Below, in pieces: positions 8,592 to 16,462 of a stretch of DNA of 45,920 nucleotides (its first letter is position 1; every line of letters starts with the position of its first letter). The notes below the pieces were generated by a model that was not told the DNA's origin, did no database searches, and saw only the letters and a list, made by a program, of their open reading frames with translations. Origin of the DNA: an uncultured Gammaproteobacteria bacterium (GTDB taxonomy: Bacteria; Patescibacteriota; Microgenomatia; Levybacterales; UBA12049). The stretch is taken from assembly GCA_964482825.1 (NCBI GenBank), contig CAYZZG010000001.1:63754-109673 (forward strand), read 5' to 3'. The position numbers and the translations under genes were made by a program.

Positions 8592-8777
8592 ATGGCAAAA
8601 ACATCAGACGTTGTAAAATTTAAGAAAAGACAAAAATACGCAGTTCGAATGAAAAACCGTTGTAATCTTTGTGGGAAAGCGCGAGGATACATGCGCCGTT
8701 TTGGACTCTGTCGTATGTGCTTTAGAGAGCTTGCATCGAAGGGGGAGCTACCGGGAGTAACAAAAGCGAGCTGGTAA
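8592..8777 (+). CDS. rpsN: 30S ribosomal protein S14, type Z (zinc-binding)
   Basis: 61 aa, CNLCG...CRMCFRELA four-Cys pattern. Confidence 0.93.
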   Translation: MAKTSDVVKFKKRQKYAVRMKNRCNLCGKARGYMRRFGLCRMCFRELASKGELPGVTKASW

Positions 8778-8805
8778 TCCTTCGACGTTGCTTGGGATAA
8801 AATAT

Positions 8806-9198
8806 ATGAATTACAATATCGCGGACTTTATTATAAGAATTAAAAATGCAGCGCTTGCGCATAGAAAGCAAGTAATACTGCCATATTCTAAAGTAACAAA
8901 GGCAGTAGGAGAAATCTTAGTTAAAGAACGTTTTTTAAGTGAGTGTAAAGAAGAAATGATTGACGGAAAAAAAGTATTGCGAGCGCAAATTCGCTATGAA
9001 AAAAGGATGCCCGTTTTTACAAATATTGCTGTCGTATCAAAACCATCACTCAGAATTTATACAAGATTAAAAGCGCTTCCTAAGAAATCACGACAGGGAA
9101 GAGGAATATCTATTGTTTCAACAAGCCAGGGAGTTATGACCGCATTTGACGCGGCTAGAAAAGGAGTAGGAGGAGAGGTATTGCTCACATTGTGGTAA
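8806..9198 (+). CDS. rpsH: 30S ribosomal protein S8
   Basis: MNYNIADFIIRIKNA start at ATG 8806. The track start 8788 is TTG. Confidence 0.92.
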   Translation: MNYNIADFIIRIKNAALAHRKQVILPYSKVTKAVGEILVKERFLSECKEEMIDGKKVLRAQIRYEKRMPVFTNIAVVSKPSLRIYTRLKALPKKSRQGRGISIVSTSQGVMTAFDAARKGVGGEVLLTLW

Positions 9199-9213
9199 TA
9201 CATAATAAAAACT

Positions 9214-9762
9214 ATGTCTAAGATTGGGCGAAAACCAATTACAATAAAGACTGGCGTATCAGTTACGGTAGATGGTCAAAAAGTTACAGTACAGGGCCAA
9301 AAAGGAACATACTTATATATGGTGCCGTCTGGTATTGCCGTTGTCGTTGAGGATGGGAAAGTACAGGTTTTACAGAAAGAAGATGTTGAGGGGGGCAGGG
9401 CGCTTTTTGGATTAACTCGTGCAACTATTGCAAATATGATAAAAGGTGTTTCAGAAGGGTTTGAGCGAAAACTTGAGCTATCTGGTGTTGGTTATAGAGC
9501 GCAAGTAGTGGGAAAAGACCTTTCTTTATCCGTGGGGTTTTCTCATCCAGTAATTGTAAAAGCCCCAGAGGGAATTACTTTTGCGGTTGGTGAAAATATT
9601 ATTACCGTTACTGGCAGCGATAATGTTTTGGTAGGAGATGTAGCATCAAAAATACGTGCCATACGTCCACCAGAGCCATATAAAGGAAAAGGTATTAAAT
9701 ATGTCGGAGAAAGAATTCGAAGAAAAGCTGGAAAAGCAGCAAAGGCAGTAGGGACTAAATAA
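9214..9762 (+). CDS. rplF: 50S ribosomal protein L6
   Basis: 182 aa, SKIGRKPI...PEPYKGKGIKY. Confidence 0.95.
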   Translation: MSKIGRKPITIKTGVSVTVDGQKVTVQGQKGTYLYMVPSGIAVVVEDGKVQVLQKEDVEGGRALFGLTRATIANMIKGVSEGFERKLELSGVGYRAQVVGKDLSLSVGFSHPVIVKAPEGITFAVGENIITVTGSDNVLVGDVASKIRAIRPPEPYKGKGIKYVGERIRRKAGKAAKAVGTK

Positions 9763-9793
9763 GTTAAAAATTAAAAATTAAAAGTTAAAAGTT
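9763..9793 (+). repeat. A-rich heptamer tract (AAAAATT/AAAAGTT) filling the rplF-rplR spacer
   Basis: gttaaaaattaaaaattaaaagttaaaagtt directly before the rplR ATG. No complementary arm seen. Confidence 0.7.
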
Positions 9794-10141
9794 ATGAGAA
9801 GATATACATCAAAACAAAAAAGAGAGAGACGGGTTAGATCAAAGATCGTGGGTACAAAGGAGAGGCCACGCCTTTCGGTGTTTAGATCTAATGTTCATAT
9901 CTATGCTCAATTGATTGATGATGAGCAAAGAAAAACAATAATGGGTGTTTCAGAAAAACAACTAGAAAAAGAAGAAAAACTAAAGAAAATAGAAAAAGCA
10001 CGAAAATTAGGAAAATTATTGGCAAAAATGGCAGTTGAAAAACATATCATACGGGTGGTATTTGATAGGGGAAGCTATGCCTATCATGGTAGAACAAAAG
10101 CGCTTGCAGAAGGGGCGCGAGAAGGAGGGCTTCAATTCTAA
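9794..10141 (+). CDS. rplR: 50S ribosomal protein L18
   Basis: 115 aa, [16 protein letters not shown]...[11 protein letters not shown]. Confidence 0.93.
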   Translation: MRRYTSKQKRERRVRSKIVGTKERPRLSVFRSNVHIYAQLIDDEQRKTIMGVSEKQLEKEEKLKKIEKARKLGKLLAKMAVEKHIIRVVFDRGSYAYHGRTKALAEGAREGGLQF

Positions 10142-10635
10142 TGAGTAATAATGCATCTATGCAGCAGCGAGGGTTGAGCGAATTTGAAGAGAAAATCGTT
10201 CAGGTAAATAGAGTGTCAAAAAAAACCAAAGGTGGTAATAAGATTGGTTTCTCTGTCCTTGTTGTAGTGGGGGATAAAAAAGGGAAGGTTGGCGTAGGCC
10301 TTGGGAAGGCGCCTGACGTTTCCTCAGCGATTCGAAAAGGTGTTTCAACGGCAAAAAAACACATGATTACAGTACCTATTGTAAGAGGTACTATCCCGCT
10401 TGAAATACGAATAAAACTTGGAGCAGCGAGAGTTATGTTAAAGCCAGCACCAATAGGAAGCGGTGTTATTGCTGGTGGTGCGGTACGAAGTGTGGTTGAA
10501 GCAGCAGGCATTCATAATATATCTTCAAAGGTCCTTGGTACAGATAACCAAGCGTCAAATGTATATGCAGCAATGGAAGCGCTAAAACAATTAAAAGAGC
10601 GTTATAATAAGATAGAAAGCTATAGAAAAAAATAA
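10141..10635 (+). CDS. rpsE: 30S ribosomal protein S5
   Basis: 164 aa, VNRVSKKTKGGNKIGFSVLVVVGD. Confidence 0.95.
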   Translation: MSNNASMQQRGLSEFEEKIVQVNRVSKKTKGGNKIGFSVLVVVGDKKGKVGVGLGKAPDVSSAIRKGVSTAKKHMITVPIVRGTIPLEIRIKLGAARVMLKPAPIGSGVIAGGAVRSVVEAAGIHNISSKVLGTDNQASNVYAAMEALKQLKERYNKIESYRKK

Positions 10636-10636
10636 T

Positions 10637-11077
10637 ATGGAGTTACATAGGTTGCGCAAGGTTACTACGGGAAAGAAAAGACGTCTTGGACAAGGACATG
10701 GATCTGGACGTGGAAAAACTGCAGGAAGAGGTACAAAAGGCCAAAAAGCACGTGGAGATATTCCTTTGTCTTTCGAAGGAGGCGCACTCCGGCTTATTAA
10801 GCGCTTGCCATTTCGTAGAGGAAAAGGAAAAAATAAAGTGTTTAAAGCTCGGCCTATTGCAATCAATATTGTAGTGTTAAATATATTGCCTGAAGGTAGT
10901 GTTGTTGATGCAGAGATGCTTATTGCCAAAAAAATTGTAGATTCAGAAGATGCAAAGAAATACGGTATAAAGATTTTGGGAGATGGAAATCTTGCCATAC
11001 CACTTCAGGTAAAACTTCCAGTATCTAAAGGCGCTGCAAAAAAAATAACAAAAGCGGGCGGAACAGTAATACAATAG
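10637..11077 (+). CDS. rplO: 50S ribosomal protein L15
   Basis: 146 aa, GQGHGSGRGKTAGRGTKGQKAR. Follows rpsE directly, with no L30 gene. Confidence 0.93.
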   Translation: MELHRLRKVTTGKKRRLGQGHGSGRGKTAGRGTKGQKARGDIPLSFEGGALRLIKRLPFRRGKGKNKVFKARPIAINIVVLNILPEGSVVDAEMLIAKKIVDSEDAKKYGIKILGDGNLAIPLQVKLPVSKGAAKKITKAGGTVIQ

Positions 11078-11090
11078 TAAAGAGTAATAA

Positions 11091-12377
11091 ATGGAAAATT
11101 ATCTAAGCGTTTTTCGAAACGCTTTTAAAACAACGGAAGTAAGACAAAAGCTCCTGTTTACCGCTGGTATTTTTTTTATCTTTCGTCTTTTTGCTCACAT
11201 TCCCGTATCGGGGGTTAATTTGGCAAGTCTTAAGTCACTTTTTGCACAAAATCAATTTTTAGGACTGTTAGATATTTTCTCAGGCGGCACTTTGGCTAAT
11301 TTCTCTGTAATGGCACTTGGATTAAATCCTTATATTAATGCCTCAATCATACTGCAGCTTTTGACAATGGTTTTTCCAAAACTTGAGGCGTTATCAAAAG
11401 AAGGAGAAGCAGGAAGACAAAAAATTAACCAATATACACGTTTCCTTACCGTGCCACTCTCTGTGCTTCAGGCAGTAGGAATGTATGCTCTCTTGAGAAG
11501 TCAAGGAATTATATCCCTGCTCTCACCTGTCTATCTTGTATCATTTATTGTAACAATGACTGCCGGTACAATGCTGTTGGTTTGGCTTGGAGAGCTGATC
11601 TCAGAAAAAGGTATAGGAAACGGTATATCGCTTCTTATTTTTGCCGGAATTGTAGGTCGTATACCTATACTTGTCGGTCAGGCATTCTCCACAGCTACCC
11701 CGGAAAATACTTTTAATACCCTTATGCTTTTAGGACTAGGTATTATTGTTATCAGCGCAATTGTTACCATGAATGAAGCAACTCGCCGCATAAGTATCTA
11801 TTACGCAAAACGCGTACGGGGCAATAAAATGTACGGTGGGCAATCGACGCATCTGCCTCTTCGGCTTAATCAGGCGGGAGTAATTCCTATTATCTTTGCA
11901 GTGTCGCTTGTGCTTTTGCCTTCTCTTATTGCCAATTATTTTAGCAGTGCTAATAATTCGGTTTTGCAAAATGCCGCAAATATTCTTTCCTCCTTGTTTA
12001 ACCCTGGGGGTTTCTTCTATAATGTTTTCTACTTCATGCTGGTCGTAGCTTTTACCTACTTCTATACTGCGGTTATTTTTAATCCAAAAAAGATTGCCGA
12101 GGAAATACAAAAATATGGGGGTTTTATTCCTGGGATTAGGCCAGGAATACCAACGGCACAATTTCTTAATTATATTTTAACTCGTATTACACTTGCTGGC
12201 GCTCTTTTCCTTGGACTTATTGCCATTTTGCCTACTGTTGCTTCTGCAATAACTAATGTGCAGACACTCCTTATAGGAGGAACGGGAGTTTTAATCGTGG
12301 TATCAGTAGTATTAGAAACAATTAGGGCTATAGAAGCACAATTGGTAACAAGAAGCTACGATAAATTTACAAAGTAG
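11091..12377 (+). CDS. secY: preprotein translocase subunit SecY
   Basis: 428-aa polytopic membrane protein in the canonical spc-operon position. Confidence 0.97.
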   Translation: MENYLSVFRNAFKTTEVRQKLLFTAGIFFIFRLFAHIPVSGVNLASLKSLFAQNQFLGLLDIFSGGTLANFSVMALGLNPYINASIILQLLTMVFPKLEALSKEGEAGRQKINQYTRFLTVPLSVLQAVGMYALLRSQGIISLLSPVYLVSFIVTMTAGTMLLVWLGELISEKGIGNGISLLIFAGIVGRIPILVGQAFSTATPENTFNTLMLLGLGIIVISAIVTMNEATRRISIYYAKRVRGNKMYGGQSTHLPLRLNQAGVIPIIFAVSLVLLPSLIANYFSSANNSVLQNAANILSSLFNPGGFFYNVFYFMLVVAFTYFYTAVIFNPKKIAEEIQKYGGFIPGIRPGIPTAQFLNYILTRITLAGALFLGLIAILPTVASAITNVQTLLIGGTGVLIVVSVVLETIRAIEAQLVTRSYDKFTK

Positions 12378-12380
12378 GCT

Positions 12381-12929
12381 ATGAAAATAATTTTAATTGG
12401 CATTCCGGGATCTGGAAAATCAACACAAGGGAATATGCTTTCTAAAAAGCTAAATGTTCCGTATCTTTCTACAGGGCACATTTTTAGAGAGTTGGCAAAA
12501 GAGCATACAAAATTGGGACACCAGATTAAGCTGGTTATGAACGCCGGACTACTCATCTCGGATAAAAAAACATTGAAAATAGTGAGTGATTATTTATCAC
12601 GGCCGGAATATCAAAAAGGATATATTCTTGACGGTTTTCCTCGAACCTTATTTCAGGCAAAGGAATTTAAAAATGGAATAGATAAAGTAGTTTATCTGAA
12701 GGTTTCAGATAAAGAGATACTTTGGAGACTTGCCTATAGAAATTCTCAGGGAAGAGAGGACGACACGCTTTTGGCTATCAGAAGGCGGATAGAAATTTTC
12801 CATAAGTTCACAAAGCCTGTGCTTGAATACTATCGGAAAAGAGAAATGCTTCTGGAAATCGACGGAGAAAAGCCTATCGAAGACATCCATAAAGATATAA
12901 TGACTCACCTAACACATGGCAAAAGATAA
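12381..12929 (+). CDS. adk: adenylate kinase (short-lid form)
   Basis: GIPGSGKSTQ P-loop, ILDGFPRT motif, 182 aa. Confidence 0.92.
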   Translation: MKIILIGIPGSGKSTQGNMLSKKLNVPYLSTGHIFRELAKEHTKLGHQIKLVMNAGLLISDKKTLKIVSDYLSRPEYQKGYILDGFPRTLFQAKEFKNGIDKVVYLKVSDKEILWRLAYRNSQGREDDTLLAIRRRIEIFHKFTKPVLEYYRKREMLLEIDGEKPIEDIHKDIMTHLTHGKR

Positions 12930-13476
12930 ACTACTTTTAGCAATTGTTGGTATGCCGGGATCTGGTAAAAGTGAAGCAGTAGCCTACTTGCAAAATAAAG
13001 GAATTCCTGCTGTTAGATTTGGTCAACTTACCGACGAAGAACTTAAAAAAGCTGAATTACCGCTAACCGAGGAAAACGAGAAGATAGTGCGCGAAAACTT
13101 ACGAAAAGACTATGGCATGGCAGTATATGCAATCAGAGCAGAACCGAAAATAAAAGAACTTTTAGGAAAAAATAAAACTATTGTAATAGATGGTCTTTAT
13201 TCGTGGGAAGAATATGTTTATTTTAGAGAGAAATTCCCACAGCTTATTGTAATTTACATCTATACACAACCAGAAATTCGATATCAGAGACTTGCTAAAC
13301 GCTTGATTAGGCCGCTGACAGAAGATCAATCTCAACAAAGAGATATTGCCGAGATAGAGCAATTACATAAAGGAGGTCCAATTGCCATTGCGGATCATCT
13401 TATTGTTAACGATGAAGATGTTGAATCATTACATAAGAAAATAGACGCACTTCTTAGTAACCTCAATATTATTTAG
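12916..13476 (+). CDS. second P-loop nucleotide/nucleoside kinase-like protein (UPF0200/CoaE-like)
   Basis: GMPGSGKSE Walker A, 186 aa. Overlaps the adk end by 14 nt. Family assignment is from memory only. Confidence 0.5.
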   Translation: MAKDKLLLAIVGMPGSGKSEAVAYLQNKGIPAVRFGQLTDEELKKAELPLTEENEKIVRENLRKDYGMAVYAIRAEPKIKELLGKNKTIVIDGLYSWEEYVYFREKFPQLIVIYIYTQPEIRYQRLAKRLIRPLTEDQSQQRDIAEIEQLHKGGPIAIADHLIVNDEDVESLHKKIDALLSNLNII

Positions 13477-14258
13477 TGATGATAAATATTAAAACCCCGC
13501 AGGAAATAGTAATAATGGAAAAGGGCGGGAGAATATTGTCACAAGTTCTCCACCAGGTTTTAGATGTGATTAAACCAGGGATTACCGAACTAGAACTTGA
13601 TGCCTTGGCAGAAAAGCTCATTACAGAAAAGGGGGGACAACCAGGGTTTAAGAAAGTAGCAGGGTATAACCATACCATCTGTGTTTCAACCAATGATGTG
13701 GTGGTGCATGGCGTCCCAAGTTCGTATAAGCTCAAAGAAGGTGATGTTATCGGTATTGACTGTGGCGTGTATTACAAAGGGTTTCATACAGATATGTCTG
13801 AGACTCGAAGAGTCTCAACAGTTAACTATCAACAGTTAACAATTAACAATAAAAGTGACGTCGATAAGTTCCTTAAGACTGGAAAAATGGCGCTTGATGA
13901 AGCGATAAAACAGGCTAAAGTTGGTAACAGGGTTGGACATATTTCAAAGACGATTCAGGAGATTGTTGAGGGAAAGGGATATTCGGTTGTTCGAAGTCTC
14001 GTTGGACATGGAGTTGGAAAAAAACTACATGAAGAACCAGAAGTCCCAGGATTTTTGTCGGGACACATTGAACAAACACCGTTACTCAAAGAGGGTATGA
14101 CTATAGCAATAGAGGTTATTTATAATATGGGCAAACATGATGTGGTGTATGCTAATGATGATGGATGGACAATTAAGACAAAAGATGGTAGCCTCTCTGG
14201 AGTTTTTGAGCGAACAGTGGCTATTACAAAAAACGGCCCATTACATTTTACACCTTAA
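13476..14258 (+). CDS. map: type I methionine aminopeptidase
   Basis: 260 aa, VVHGVP...DCGV...GHGVG...IEV metal-ligand pattern. Confidence 0.95.
   Translation: MMINIKTPQEIVIMEKGGRILSQVLHQVLDVIKPGITELELDALAEKLITEKGGQPGFKKVAGYNHTICVSTNDVVVHGVPSSYKLKEGDVIGIDCGVYYKGFHTDMSETRRVSTVNYQQLTINNKSDVDKFLKTGKMALDEAIKQAKVGNRVGHISKTIQEIVEGKGYSVVRSLVGHGVGKKLHEEPEVPGFLSGHIEQTPLLKEGMTIAIEVIYNMGKHDVVYANDDGWTIKTKDGSLSGVFERTVAITKNGPLHFTP
13816..13855 (+). repeat. in-frame CAGTTAAC/CAATTAAC repeat module inside map (encodes STVNYQQLTINNKS)
   Basis: caacagttaactatcaacagttaacaattaacaat. Related copies at 26215-26251 and 37288-37326. Confidence 0.8.
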
Positions 14259-14263
14259 GCGTA

Positions 14264-14292
14264 TTGCGATTTAAAGGCTGGTTTGGTATAAT
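14264..14292 (+). promoter_or_regulatory. sigma70 promoter for infA
   Basis: TTGCGA 14264-14269, 17-nt spacer, TATAAT 14287-14292. Confidence 0.6.
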
Positions 14293-14299
14293 GGATTTG

Positions 14300-14410
14300 G
14301 ACGATAGATGATAGAAGGTTGAAGATAGATTATTGAGGATAGAAAGTAGAGTAGGTTCTTCTAGCTTCTATATTCTACTTTCAAAATACTACTTTCTATT
14401 TTCTATCGTC
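14300..14410 (+). repeat. ~110-nt 5'-UTR hairpin built from GATAGAA-type repeats
   Basis: Closing stem GACGATAGA 14300-14308 / TCTATCGTC 14402-14410 (9/9). Inner arms gatagaaagtagagtag / ctatattctactttc. Followed by TATTTTTTACT and the infA ATG. Confidence 0.7.
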
Positions 14411-14421
14411 TATTTTTTACT

Positions 14422-14640
14422 ATGGTGCATCAAGGCTCATTCGAGGTAGAAGGTATTGTTAAGGAATCCCTGCCTAATACATTATTTCGGGTAGAGCTTG
14501 CTGATGGCTCTATAGTTTTGTGCCATCTTTCAGGAAAAATGAGGATGCATTTTATTAAGATTTTACCTGGAGATAAAGTAAGAGTAGAAATGACACCGTA
14601 CGATAAGAGTAAAGGGAGAATTGTTTACAGAAATAAATAA
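14422..14640 (+). CDS. infA: translation initiation factor IF-1
   Basis: 72 aa, [17 protein letters not shown]...[17 protein letters not shown]. Confidence 0.95.
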   Translation: MVHQGSFEVEGIVKESLPNTLFRVELADGSIVLCHLSGKMRMHFIKILPGDKVRVEMTPYDKSKGRIVYRNK

Positions 14641-14645
14641 AAGGT

Positions 14646-14759
14646 ATGAAAGTGCAAGCAAGTATCAAGGCACGATGTGCAAAATGCAAAATAATTAAGC
14701 GAAAAGGGGTTCTTCGCATTGTATGTGATAACCCTAGACATAAACAAAGACAAGGATAG
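14646..14759 (+). CDS. rpmJ: 50S ribosomal protein L36
   Basis: 37-aa ORF absent from the track: [37 protein letters not shown] (CxxC...C...H). Confidence 0.9.
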   Translation: MKVQASIKARCAKCKIIKRKGVLRIVCDNPRHKQRQG

Positions 14760-14850
14760 AGAAAATTCAAAATTCAAAATGCAAAACTCAAAATTACAAT
14801 TTAAAAAGCAAAATTTCACTTTTAACTTTTCACTTTTAATTTTCAACTTG
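14760..14850 (+). repeat. A-rich then T-rich heptamer tracts (AAAATTC / CTTTTAA) in the rpmJ-rpsM spacer
   Basis: Direct reading. Arms are only about 60 percent complementary. Confidence 0.5.
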
Positions 14851-14870
14851 AGCGACTGGAAGGAGCAAAC

Positions 14871-15362
14871 GTGAGAATAGCAGGTATTAATATACCCGAT
14901 GAAAAAAGAGTAGATATAGCGCTAACATATTTGTATGGCGTTGGTAGAAGTAATGTGGTGACAATATTAAAAAAGGCAGATGTTGAGGCAGCAAAAAGAG
15001 TAAAAACGTTGTCTGAGGATGAACAAAAACGAATTCAAAAAATACTTGAAAACTTTAAAATAGAAGGAGATTTGCGCGCTGAAGTTTTGGGTAATATTAA
15101 GCGATTAAAAGAGCTTGGAACCTACCGCGGAACAAGACATAACAGAAACCTTCCTGTCCGTGGACAAAGGACCAGGTCTAATGCTCGTACAAAACGTGGT
15201 AAGAGAGTAACAATTGGTGCTATCAAAAAAGAAGTGGCGGCAAAAATGGGTATTGATACCCGTTCGGCAGGCTCAGGGCAGGCCCGTTCGGCGGGTTCGA
15301 CAAGCTCACCGCAAGCAGGCTCAGGGCAGGCAAAAGCGACTGTAGCCCCAGAAAAGAAATAA
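14871..15362 (+). CDS. rpsM: 30S ribosomal protein S13 with ~40-aa C-terminal extension
   Basis: GTG start, RIAGINIPDEKRV..., GGAAGGAG upstream. Confidence 0.95.
   Translation: MRIAGINIPDEKRVDIALTYLYGVGRSNVVTILKKADVEAAKRVKTLSEDEQKRIQKILENFKIEGDLRAEVLGNIKRLKELGTYRGTRHNRNLPVRGQRTRSNARTKRGKRVTIGAIKKEVAAKMGIDTRSAGSGQARSAGSTSSPQAGSGQAKATVAPEKK
15259..15331 (+). repeat. GC-rich repeat core inside the rpsM 3' extension
   Basis: CCCGTTCGGC twice (15259-15268, 15283-15292). Exact 16-nt CAGGCTCAGGGCAGGC twice (15268-15283, 15316-15331). Confidence 0.85.
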
Positions 15363-15367
15363 ATTTC

Positions 15368-15763
15368 ATGAAAGATAAAAAAGAAATAGCAACAAAGAAA
15401 AAACCTATGGTTTCGGTGTCTGTGCATGGAAAAGTGTACATTACTTCGACTTTCAACAATACTTTGGTAACTATGACAAACGACAAAGGAGATACGATTG
15501 CCTGGAGTTCTTCGGGAGCGAGAGGATTTAAAGGTACAAGAAAATCAACCCCTTACGCAGCAACGCTTGCTGTTGAGGATGTAACAAAAAAAGGCCTAGA
15601 AAGAGGAATAAAATCTGTTGATATTTATGTAAAAGGGCCAGGATCGGGTCGTGATGCCGCGCTTAGGGCAATAAAAGCAGCCGGAATTTCAATCGCAATG
15701 ATAGCAGATATAACGCCCATTCCGCATAATGGGCCACGGGCAAAAAAGAAACGGAGAGTATAA
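15368..15763 (+). CDS. rpsK: 30S ribosomal protein S11
   Basis: 131 aa, ITSTFNNTLVTMTNDKGDTIAWSSSG. Confidence 0.96.
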   Translation: MKDKKEIATKKKPMVSVSVHGKVYITSTFNNTLVTMTNDKGDTIAWSSSGARGFKGTRKSTPYAATLAVEDVTKKGLERGIKSVDIYVKGPGSGRDAALRAIKAAGISIAMIADITPIPHNGPRAKKKRRV

Positions 15764-15770
15764 AATAGTT

Positions 15771-15826
15771 AAAAATTCAAAGTGCAAAGTGCAAAGTTAA
15801 TTTTGAATTTTTCATTTTGAATTTTA
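15771..15826 (+). repeat. 26-bp-stem hairpin from CAAAGTG/TTTTGAA repeats (rpsK-rpsD spacer)
   Basis: Left arm 15771-15796, loop TTAA, right arm 15801-15826. 23/26 positions pair, 3 of them G-U, which would be C-A mismatches on the antisense strand. Confidence 0.75.
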
Positions 15827-15852
15827 AATTTGAGTGACTGAAAGGAACGATT

Positions 15853-16455
15853 ATGGCAAGGTATACAGGACCAAAACATAAAATAGCACGAAGAGAAGGG
15901 GTAAATGTTTTGGATAAAACAACGGCTTCGTTGCAGCGTCGGCTTAATATTCCTCCTGGTATTCATGGTAAAAAGAGAAAAAGAGCTCTCTCGGAATTTG
16001 GACAGCAGCTTCGAGAAAAACAAAAGGCAAAAGCTACATATGGACTTTTGGAAAAGCAATTCAGAGGTTTAGTTAGGACAGTGCAAGGTAAAAAAGGAGA
16101 AACAGGAGAAATGCTTATTTCTCTTTTAGAAACACGTCTTGATAACATTGTTTATAGACTTGGATTCGCAAAAACTCGCTATCAAGCGCGTCAGTTTGTA
16201 TCTCATGGTCATGTACTCGTGAATGGAAAAAAAGTATCAATTCCGTCTTATCAAGTAAAAGAAGAAGATGTTATTTCGCTATCGGACAGAATGCTAAAAA
16301 ATCCTGCCGTTTTGGAGATGCTTAAAGAAGATGTAGTTACGCTTTCGTTTATTAAGCGGTCAGACGCTAAGGGAGTGCTTATGAGGATGCCAAAACGGGA
16401 AGATGTGCAAGTTCCATTCGATACGCAATTGATTATTGAATACTATTCGAGATAA
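15853..16455 (+). CDS. rpsD: 30S ribosomal protein S4
   Basis: 200 aa, MARYTGPKHKIARREG start. Confidence 0.96.
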   Translation: MARYTGPKHKIARREGVNVLDKTTASLQRRLNIPPGIHGKKRKRALSEFGQQLREKQKAKATYGLLEKQFRGLVRTVQGKKGETGEMLISLLETRLDNIVYRLGFAKTRYQARQFVSHGHVLVNGKKVSIPSYQVKEEDVISLSDRMLKNPAVLEMLKEDVVTLSFIKRSDAKGVLMRMPKREDVQVPFDTQLIIEYYSR

Positions 16456-16462
16456 TGCTATA

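Noticed and set aside
10591-10998. 135-aa minus-strand ORF and 62-aa plus-strand alternate-frame ORF over rplO
   Set aside because: They overlap a clear L15 gene and give low-complexity Pro/Ser/Phe sequence.
14555-14846. Minus-strand ORFs of 71 and 73 aa (e.g. ...[20 protein letters not shown])
   Set aside because: They translate the heptamer-repeat spacer and the antisense of infA/rpmJ. The low-complexity peptide is a repeat artefact.
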